A stretch of 34,263 nucleotides of DNA from Chloroflexota bacterium (GTDB lineage: Bacteria > Chloroflexota > Chloroflexia > QHBQ01). The first letter of the stretch is position 1. Each line of letters begins with the position of its first letter. The notes beneath the pieces are model-generated. The model ran no database searches. It was not told where the DNA came from and worked only from the letters and a program-made list of their open reading frames with translations. The position numbers and the translations under genes are program-made. The DNA is taken from the NCBI GenBank assembly GCA_043754535.1, contig JAYUUN010000076.1:1-34263 (forward strand), written 5' to 3'. Of the stretch, positions 27,193 to 34,263 are shown piece after piece.

Positions 27193-29490
27193 CTATCTGC
27201 CAGAGGCGAGGGCTGCCGCTAACTTCGCCCCACTGTAGGCGTGGAGTTGGCCGTCGTAGGTCAGGTAGAGGGTGTTGCCCGCGATCACCAGGTTGCTAAA
27301 GCTGCTATATTGCATCCGGATCGGCGCGGATTGCCAGACCTGCCGCCCACCCTGGGCCGGGTCGAGGGCGTAGAGGCGGTAGACACGCTTGCCAAAGAAG
27401 CTCTTATCCACGCCAAGCAGGTAGAGCAGCCCCTTGCTGGCGACCATGCCGCCATGGGAGGGGTCGTTATAATCGCTTGCCAGTTTGTAGAGGAAGTCCG
27501 TCTGCCAGGCGATACTACCGTCCTTCAACCCCAGCACGCGACTGTCATGAGTATTGTTGTAGACATACCTGCTGCGCTTATTGACAGCGTAGAGTTGGCC
27601 GTCGGCCAGGGCGAGATAGGGAAAGGCTTGTATACTAGAATTGTAGTCGCTGGGACTATCGTCCTGGTACTCGTTTATCTTCGTCCCGTCCTTCGCGCTG
27701 TAGCTAACGACCGTCTTCTGGGTGACAACGTAGAGATGCTGATCGTCAACCAGCATCCGCCCCTTATCGACGGGCTGCTGCCAGCGTTGCACCCCCTCGC
27801 TGGGGTCGAAGGCGACCACGCGGCCAGTGTCGGGGTCGGCTTCGACCACGCGGCCAGTCAAGTAGAGATAAATGGTGCTGGCATTAGCGAGCAACTGGTG
27901 GTCGCCACCAAACTCAGTGTCCTTGCGCCAGCGGCTAGCCCCGCTCTGCGCGTCAATCGCCTCTACTATCGTGTGGGTAGGGCTGTTGGGCAAGTCATAG
28001 ACGGCCACCAGTTGGCGCGGCTGGCTGGTCTCGCGGAAGCGGGCGGTAGTACCGACTGGATGCTCCCAGGCAATGGCGTTGGCGTTCAGATCGAGCGCAA
28101 TCAGGTGGGGAGCAGCCTCAACATCAGAGCTATAGCTGTCGTTGGGCTTGTCACTAGCCACATACTGGTTGCTGAGATAGTAGAGGAAGCGACCATCGCT
28201 GCTGAGAGTGGGGTCGGTTCCATGCACATGCAAGTCTGCGCCGAGGCCACTAAGCTGGTAGGCTGCCTGCTGCTTGCCGCTGGCTGCATCAAAAATAGTG
28301 ATGTAATTGTTATCACCTACCAGCACGCGGCCATTCGCTACGCTAATCAGTGTATTGCTGCCGTATCCGCTCAAAAGGTTGGTCTGCCAGGCTTCGTGCA
28401 GCGGGGGGATGAGGGTCTGGCCGCTGGCGTTGCTGTTGCCCGCGTCGTGGGCCGCGCCCAGCCAGGTGGAGTCGCTGCCAACCGTGCTGGGCGACCAGAC
28501 TGGCTGATTGCCGAAGTAGGGGGCGAGGCTGGCGACCAGCAGCACAGCCAACCCAACCAGCAGCAGCCGGGCGGCAAGCGGGAAGGAGCGGGGCGGGCGT
28601 TCGCTGAGGGTAGGCCTGCCCTTCCAGAGCAGCGCACTGACCTGCGCGGGCAGGTTGGCGGTCATCCGTTCGCGGTCAAGTTGCCAAATCACGTCCATGC
28701 GCTGGTCGAGCGGCTCGCTGCTGCCTTGCAGCGGGCTGAAGCCACGCTCGTTGAGCAAAGCCCACTGGCGCAGGCCTGCACGGGCGGCGATAGCTTCGCT
28801 CAACTGGCGGGCATCCTCGTCGCGTGTGCTGACCAGGATGTGGTAGCCACGCCCATCCGCGCGCCAAAGCTTGACCCAGTATAGCTGCGGGTAGGGGAGT
28901 AGGGAGCGGCCCGGCTCATAGATGACGGTGTAGAGAGCCAGCCGCTCCACCTCGGCCCAGGGGATCGTCGTCCAATGCGGGAAGTTGAAGCTGATGTCGC
29001 GCCAGTCAGAACTGAACACATCTTTGGCCCGCAGCTGCCGTCCATAGAACAGGTACAACCGCACCCCCGCCGGGCGCAGTTGGGCGAACGAGCGACCGAA
29101 GAAGGGCAGCCACTCGCCCAGCCGTTGCCAGAGGAAAGCAGTGCCGAACAGCAGAAGGGTGAATGCCAAGATGACCGCCACGGTCAGCTTACCAATGCCC
29201 TCAACTTCGCCGACGAGAAAGGGGTAGAGGTAGAGCAGGCTGAGGAAAGTAAGGATCGTGAGGACAAGATTGCGCCTCATCTGCAAGCGCACCCAGCCAA
29301 AGCGACGCTTCGGCAGTTCGAGCGGCGTGGCGGCAACCGCCCGACCAGGCTGGTTAGCACCTGGCGGCATCGCCCCAGCCACCAGGCGCGCGCGCGTCTC
29401 TCCATCAAGGTCGAGGTCGAGCGTGTCCAGCCAGCCCGGTTGCTGGCGGTTGGTAGCTAGCTGGTTGATATCGGTCGGGCTGGTCACCAT
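27193..29490 (-). CDS. Membrane protein: N-terminal 2-TM + soluble domain + TM, C-terminal PQQ-like beta-propeller
   Basis: Repeats FDAASGK, AIDAQSGASRW, AFDPSEGVQRW, ALDPAQGGRQVW, GQLHAY. Start ATG 29490 chosen from SD AAAGGAG and TGTTACAAT at 29521-29529. Confidence 0.78.
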   Translation of the reverse strand: MVTSPTDINQLATNRQQPGWLDTLDLDLDGETRARLVAGAMPPGANQPGRAVAATPLELPKRRFGWVRLQMRRNLVLTILTFLSLLYLYPFLVGEVEGIGKLTVAVILAFTLLLFGTAFLWQRLGEWLPFFGRSFAQLRPAGVRLYLFYGRQLRAKDVFSSDWRDISFNFPHWTTIPWAEVERLALYTVIYEPGRSLLPYPQLYWVKLWRADGRGYHILVSTRDEDARQLSEAIAARAGLRQWALLNERGFSPLQGSSEPLDQRMDVIWQLDRERMTANLPAQVSALLWKGRPTLSERPPRSFPLAARLLLVGLAVLLVASLAPYFGNQPVWSPSTVGSDSTWLGAAHDAGNSNASGQTLIPPLHEAWQTNLLSGYGSNTLISVANGRVLVGDNNYITIFDAASGKQQAAYQLSGLGADLHVHGTDPTLSSDGRFLYYLSNQYVASDKPNDSYSSDVEAAPHLIALDLNANAIAWEHPVGTTARFRETSQPRQLVAVYDLPNSPTHTIVEAIDAQSGASRWRKDTEFGGDHQLLANASTIYLYLTGRVVEADPDTGRVVAFDPSEGVQRWQQPVDKGRMLVDDQHLYVVTQKTVVSYSAKDGTKINEYQDDSPSDYNSSIQAFPYLALADGQLYAVNKRSRYVYNNTHDSRVLGLKDGSIAWQTDFLYKLASDYNDPSHGGMVASKGLLYLLGVDKSFFGKRVYRLYALDPAQGGRQVWQSAPIRMQYSSFSNLVIAGNTLYLTYDGQLHAYSGAKLAAALASGR

Positions 29491-29661
29491 TGGCGGCTGC
29501 GCTCCTTTGTTGGCTGCTATATTGTAACACATGGCAGCAAAGGAGGGCAGAGGCCGTTGCGAAGTTGCCGCTACTGCCAGTGGTATGTGAGCTGGGCGGC
29601 ACCGCCTGACCTACGCAGAAGAAGGACTTTGCGAGCCTTGCGCCAGTTGGTGCAGCCTGGC

Positions 29662-29690
29662 TTGACAACCGCCCGCACAAGATGTACATT
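29662..29690 (+). promoter_or_regulatory. sigma70 promoter for acnA
   Basis: TTGACA (29662-29667)-17 nt-TACATT (29685-29690). Confidence 0.7.
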
Positions 29691-29846
29691 GTAAGAGCAG
29701 TATGGATCGCGCAGAAGCGCACATGATCCACCCGGTTATTTGCTGGTTATGCTCTGGCAGGCGCACGAGGAAGTGACTGTCCGAGGTTTGGCACAAGGAG
29801 GCGGCCATTTCCTCCCGCCCAGCGGCAACGTGGCCGATGATCGCTG

Positions 29847-32657
29847 TTGAATAGCTTTAATACCCGCACTACGCTGACGGTTGGCGACCGCCAGTTTGAG
29901 ATGTACAGCCTGCCTGCCCTTGCCGCCCAGGGCTACGACCTTACCCACCTGCCCTACGCCCTCAAGGTGCTGCTGGAGAACCTGCTGCGCTGTGAAGACG
30001 GTCTAGCAGTGACGGCGGACGACATCCGCTACCTGGCGAACTGGCAAGCGAAGGCCGCGCCCGACACCGAGGTAGCCTTCACCCCCGCCCGCGTCCTCTT
30101 GCAGGACTTCACTGGCGTGCCGTGCGTGGTTGACTTGGCCGCCATGCGCGACGCAATGGCCGCCCTGGGTGGCGACCCGAACAAGATTAACCCGCTGCAA
30201 CCCGTCGAACTGGTGATTGACCACTCGGTGCAGGTGGACGCTTACGGCTCTGCCGCCGCCCTGATGCTCAACTCTACGCTGGAATACGAGCGCAACCGCG
30301 AACGCTATTCCTTCCTGCGCTGGGGCCAGACCGCCTTCGCCAACTTCAAGGTAGTGCCGCCAGAGACCGGCATCGTCCACCAGGTCAACCTCGAATACCT
30401 GGCCCGCGTCGTCTTTGTCACTGATGGCCCACTGGCAGGCAGCGAGAGCGGGCTGGCGCAGGTCTACCCTGACACGCTGGTGGGTACCGACTCGCACACC
30501 ACGATGATCAATGGCCTGGGGGTGCTGGGCTGGGGCGTGGGCGGCATTGAGGCAGAGGCGGCCATGCTGGGGCAGCCGGTCGCCATGCTGGTGCCGCAGG
30601 TGGTCGGCTTCCGCCTTGAGGGAGCCTTGCCAGAGGGGGCGACCGCCACTGACCTGGTGCTGACCGTCACCGAGATGCTCCGCAACAAGGGGGTAGTCGG
30701 TAAGTTCGTCGAGTTCTACGGCCCTGGCCTGCCTGCCCTGCCGCTAGCCGACCGCGCCACCATTGCGAACATGGCCCCAGAGTATGGCGCAACCTGTGGC
30801 ATCTTCCCGGTGGACGAGGAGAGCCTGCGCTACTTGCGCTTTAGCGGGCGTAGCGAGGAGCAGATCGCCATTGTGGAGGCGTATTGCAAGGCGCAGGGCT
30901 TGTTCTACTCTGCTGACACGCCGGAAGCCACCTACAGCGATAGCCTCAGCCTCGACCTCAGCACGGTGCAGCCGAGCGTAGCTGGGCCGAAGCGTCCGCA
31001 AGACCGCGTGCTACTGGGCGAGGTCAAGCTGCAGTTCAACGACGCTTTGCAGATGATTCTCAACCCTGGTGGGCCGAAGAACCCACAGTTGCAGGTCAAG
31101 CGGTGGGAGGGGGAGGGTGGCAACCCGGCGATGCAGGCGCAGGAGGAACTGGTCGCCCCGCCAACCGCTGTACGGGTTGCATTGGAGAACGGCGAGTTCA
31201 GCCTCGATCATGGCTCGGTCGTGATTGCCGCAATCACCAGTTGCACCAACACCTCCAACCCCTCCGTGATGATCGGCGCGGGGCTGCTGGCGAAGAAGGC
31301 GGTGGAGCATGGCTTGCAAGTGAAGCCCTGGGTCAAGACTTCGCTCGCCCCCGGCTCCAAAGTGGTCAGCGAGTACCTGAACGCCAGCGGCCTCAGCACC
31401 TACCTCGACAAGTTGCGCTTCAATACGGTGGGCTATGGCTGCACCACTTGCATCGGCAACAGCGGCCCGCTGCCCAGCGAGATTTCGGCGGCGGTAGTGG
31501 ATGGCAACCTGGTGGTCGCCAGCGTCCTCTCTGGCAACCGCAACTTTGAGGGGCGGATTAACTCTGAGGTGAAGGCCAACTATCTGATGTCGCCGCCGCT
31601 GGTCGTCGCCTACGCCCTGGCCGGGAGGATGGACATTGACCTGACCACGGAGCCGCTGGGTGAGGACGCAGCGGGCCAGCCCGTCTACCTGCGCGACCTT
31701 TGGCCCAGCCAGCGCGAGGTGCAGATGACCATCCACCAGGCGATTAAGTCTGATATGTACCGCAACAGCTACGCCGACGTGTTCAAGGGCAACGAACACT
31801 GGAACGCGCTGGACACGCCAGAGGGCGACCTCTACCAGTGGGCGGCGGACTCCACCTATGTGCAGCACCCGCCCTACTTCGAGGGGATGAGCAGGGAAGC
31901 AGCGGCAACGGTGGCCGAAATCAGCGGCGCACGAGTGCTGGCGGTACTGGGCGACAGCATCACCACCGACCACATCTCCCCCGCTGGCAACATCCGCAAG
32001 ACCTCCCCGGCGGGGCTGTACCTGAGCGAACATGGGGTGGAGTACAAGGACTTCAACAGCTACGGCTCACGGCGGGGCAACCATGAGGTGATGGTGCGCG
32101 GCACCTTCGCCAACGTGCGCCTCCGCAACAAGCTGGCACCGGGGACGGAGGGAGGCTTCACTACCTACCTGCCAAGCGGCGAAGTAACCAGCATCTACGA
32201 GGCTTCGCTGCGCTACCAGGCCGAGGGTACGCCGCTGGCGATCCTTGCGGGCAAGGAATATGGTTCGGGCAGCAGCCGCGACTGGGCGGCGAAGGGGCCG
32301 TACCTGCTGGGGGTACGCGTGGTGATCGCCGAGGGTTACGAGCGCATCCACCGCTCTAACTTGATTGGCATGGGCATTCTCCCCTTGCAGTTCGAGCAGG
32401 AGGAGTCGGCGGCCTTGCTGGGGCTGGACGGCACCGAGAGCTATGAGGTGGTGGGCCTGGGGGAGGTGCTGGCCGAGCCAGCCAGCTTCAAGGCTGGTCA
32501 GCACCTCAAGGTGATTGCCCGCCGCGCCGACGGCGTAGCCTTCATCTTCACCACCACCCTGCGGATCGACACCCCACAGGAAGTTCTCTACTACCGACAC
32601 GGCGGCATCCTACAATACGTCCTACGCCAGCTAGTCAGTGGCGCAGTGGCTGCCTAG
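29847..32657 (+). CDS. acnA: Aconitate hydratase A
   Basis: [68 protein letters not shown] start with an in-frame TGA three codons upstream. Confidence 0.98.
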   Translation: MNSFNTRTTLTVGDRQFEMYSLPALAAQGYDLTHLPYALKVLLENLLRCEDGLAVTADDIRYLANWQAKAAPDTEVAFTPARVLLQDFTGVPCVVDLAAMRDAMAALGGDPNKINPLQPVELVIDHSVQVDAYGSAAALMLNSTLEYERNRERYSFLRWGQTAFANFKVVPPETGIVHQVNLEYLARVVFVTDGPLAGSESGLAQVYPDTLVGTDSHTTMINGLGVLGWGVGGIEAEAAMLGQPVAMLVPQVVGFRLEGALPEGATATDLVLTVTEMLRNKGVVGKFVEFYGPGLPALPLADRATIANMAPEYGATCGIFPVDEESLRYLRFSGRSEEQIAIVEAYCKAQGLFYSADTPEATYSDSLSLDLSTVQPSVAGPKRPQDRVLLGEVKLQFNDALQMILNPGGPKNPQLQVKRWEGEGGNPAMQAQEELVAPPTAVRVALENGEFSLDHGSVVIAAITSCTNTSNPSVMIGAGLLAKKAVEHGLQVKPWVKTSLAPGSKVVSEYLNASGLSTYLDKLRFNTVGYGCTTCIGNSGPLPSEISAAVVDGNLVVASVLSGNRNFEGRINSEVKANYLMSPPLVVAYALAGRMDIDLTTEPLGEDAAGQPVYLRDLWPSQREVQMTIHQAIKSDMYRNSYADVFKGNEHWNALDTPEGDLYQWAADSTYVQHPPYFEGMSREAAATVAEISGARVLAVLGDSITTDHISPAGNIRKTSPAGLYLSEHGVEYKDFNSYGSRRGNHEVMVRGTFANVRLRNKLAPGTEGGFTTYLPSGEVTSIYEASLRYQAEGTPLAILAGKEYGSGSSRDWAAKGPYLLGVRVVIAEGYERIHRSNLIGMGILPLQFEQEESAALLGLDGTESYEVVGLGEVLAEPASFKAGQHLKVIARRADGVAFIFTTTLRIDTPQEVLYYRHGGILQYVLRQLVSGAVAA

Positions 32658-32668
32658 AGATAGGCAAA

Positions 32669-32706
32669 CCCCTGCTCCTTTGCCGATTACGGTAGAGGAG
32701 CAGGGG
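32669..32706. terminator. Hairpin between convergent acnA and PPOX genes (probably bidirectional terminator)
   Basis: CCCCTGCTCCTTTGCCG-atta-CGGTAGAGGAGCAGGGG. Confidence 0.8.
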
Positions 32707-32726
32707 CGGTTTGGCTGCGCGGCAGC

Positions 32727-33116
32727 TTAGCGGGCGGGGATGTGTTCGGGCCTGACGTAGAGGGTCACGCGCTCGTCGCCCGGCTGGTGGTAGGGGTAGG
32801 TGTCCTGGTTGATGTACTTCTTCGCCATCTTGTTGATGAAGGCGAGATCGGGATCGTCCTCGAACTTCTCTACCTTGCCGCGAAGCTCGATGTAGAGGTA
32901 GGGGTTGGTGGGGTCAACAATGCTGACCGATACGCGGGGGTCGCGCTGGAGGTTCTTGTACTTCTGCCGCCCCTTCGTGTTGCTGAACTTGAGGTACTCG
33001 CCGTCCCACTCGAACCAGACCGGGTTGTTCTGCGGCGCGCCATCAGGGCCGAGGCTAGCGATGTTGGCGACAGCATTTGATTGCAGCAAGGCTGCGTACT
33101 GCTCTGGAATCTCCAT
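32727..33116 (-). CDS. PPOX-class probable F420-dependent oxidoreductase
   Basis: ASLGPDGAPQNNPVW, GRQKYKNLQRDPRVSVSIVD, YIELRG, KKY, ERV. SD AGGAG. Confidence 0.88.
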   Translation of the reverse strand: MEIPEQYAALLQSNAVANIASLGPDGAPQNNPVWFEWDGEYLKFSNTKGRQKYKNLQRDPRVSVSIVDPTNPYLYIELRGKVEKFEDDPDLAFINKMAKKYINQDTYPYHQPGDERVTLYVRPEHIPAR

Positions 33117-33225
33117 CTTATACGCTCCTATGTGATGTGTTCCCCCACCTTATGGTAGGATGATATGTGAATTACCGTGTAATTATAAGGGCCGGTCAGG
33201 GCTGCTGTCAAGGGTGCCACTGCCC

Positions 33226-33486
33226 CTAGTTCTGCGCTTCCTCGACCGCCTGCGCCTCGTGCTGTAGCTTCTGGAAGGTGATTGCGCTGGTCGGGCAGAC
33301 CTCGACGCAGCGCATACAGGCTATCTCGCAGGGGGTCTCCACCGCGATGGTATCGAAGGCAGAAACGAACGGGCGGGGCTGGGGGCAGACCCCCACGCAC
33401 GCGCTACAGCCAATGCAGGCCTGCCAAATCACGTTGAACTTGACCGCTCGCTGTTGCTTCGCCAGGGTGCTTACCATGATCGTCAC
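33226..33486 (-). CDS. 2[4Fe-4S] dicluster ferredoxin
   Basis: CIGCSACVGVCP and CEIACMRCVEVCP. The start overlaps the upstream stop (GTGA), or is ATG 33477. Confidence 0.88.
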   Translation of the reverse strand: MTIMVSTLAKQQRAVKFNVIWQACIGCSACVGVCPQPRPFVSAFDTIAVETPCEIACMRCVEVCPTSAITFQKLQHEAQAVEEAQN

Positions 33487-34263
33487 ACTTTCCGGTAGGG
33501 GGAACTGGGGTGGAAGTAGCCGCCGAGCGTCTGGTAAAGGCGCGCATCCTGCACGCTGCGATCCTGCGCGGCGAAGATGCTGATACGCTCGTTATAGAGG
33601 CTGGTTAGTGCGTCGCCCTGGTCGGCGTACCAATGCTGCTGATAGGGGAGCAGGCTGGCTGCCGAGCCGTCTGCCCCGTCATGCAGGGCGCGGCCCAGGA
33701 ACTCGCCCGCCAGCCTGCCGCCGCGCAAGGCTGTGTGGAGGCCGCCGCCAGTCAGGGGGTTGACGTGGCGGCCCGCATCGCCGACCAGCAGCACATGGTC
33801 TGCCACCAGCCTCTTGAGCGGGGCCGCCAGGGATACGCCGCCACCCTGGACTTCAAGGATGTTCATCTTGCTGAAGCGGTCGCGCATGAAGGACTGCTCA
33901 AGAAAGTAGCGCAGGTGCCAGGCCGCGTCGTGGTCGGTCATGGTGCGGATTACGCCGAGGCCAACTTCGGCGTAGCCACCGCCCTTCGGGAAGACCCAGG
34001 CGTAGCCACCAGGGGCGTTCGCGTAGCCAACGACGATCTCCAGCAGCCCCTCAGTCTCTACGTTGTCTACGATATATTGTAGGCAGCTAGCCATGTCGCC
34101 CAGCTTGATAGCAGGGCGTAGCCCCGCCCACAAACCGACCTGCGACATCACACCGTCAGCCCCGACCACGACCTTCGCCCGCACCGTCTCGTGCTGGTTG
34201 AAGCGTTCGATCTCGGCGAAGACGTAGCCGCCCTCGATTACGAAGCTGCGAGCGCGGGCGCGC
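33483..34263 (-). CDS. Geranylgeranyl reductase-family FAD oxidoreductase, 3' part (5' end outside the window)
   Basis: The frame is open to the window edge. VVGADG, PGGYAWVFPKG (PxxYxWxFP), LVGDAGRHVNPLTGGGL. Confidence 0.88.
   Translation of the reverse strand, partial: RARARSFVIEGGYVFAEIERFNQHETVRAKVVVGADGVMSQVGLWAGLRPAIKLGDMASCLQYIVDNVETEGLLEIVVGYANAPGGYAWVFPKGGGYAEVGLGVIRTMTDHDAAWHLRYFLEQSFMRDRFSKMNILEVQGGGVSLAAPLKRLVADHVLLVGDAGRHVNPLTGGGLHTALRGGRLAGEFLGRALHDGADGSAASLLPYQQHWYADQGDALTSLYNERISIFAAQDRSVQDARLYQTLGGYFHPSSPYRKV

Noticed and set aside
27241..28884. 547-aa plus-strand ORF
   Set aside because: Antisense shadow of the propeller gene with no recognisable motifs.

Overview
GC-rich bacterial chromosomal segment. 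Gene content and style (Thr/Pro linkers, Cys-containing SLH tails, vWA/kinase/FHA cluster, cyclase-STAND-TPR protein, F420-dependent PPOX enzyme) suggest Chloroflexota, which is an inference. From left to right: the 5' end of a CopC-like copper gene, a TolB-like beta-propeller lipoprotein, a short probable IS630-type transposase remnant, a minus-strand vWA / P-loop kinase / GNAT / Ser-Thr kinase / FHA cluster, a divergent array of four small DUF4177-like paralogs in an A-B-A'-B' pattern, cinA preceded by a truncated TMEM175-type K+ channel fragment, an Amidase_3, a small membrane protein, groES-groEL with two CIRCE elements around the promoter, a surface-glycan cluster (epimerase, DUF2079-like, methyltransferase, flippase) interrupted by a cyclase-STAND-TPR gene, two PQQ-like beta-propeller proteins (one with SLH domains), an AhpD/CMD protein, aconitase A with a long structured leader, a PPOX/F420 oxidoreductase, a ferredoxin and a partial geranylgeranyl-reductase-family gene. 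No rRNA, tRNA or CRISPR array was seen. Four ORFs missing from the supplied track were read by hand (1-127, 1879-2007, 10880-11053, 12721-12888). All family calls come from motif recognition, not database searches. The best candidate for an undescribed system is the four-paralog array facing the vWA-kinase-FHA cluster.
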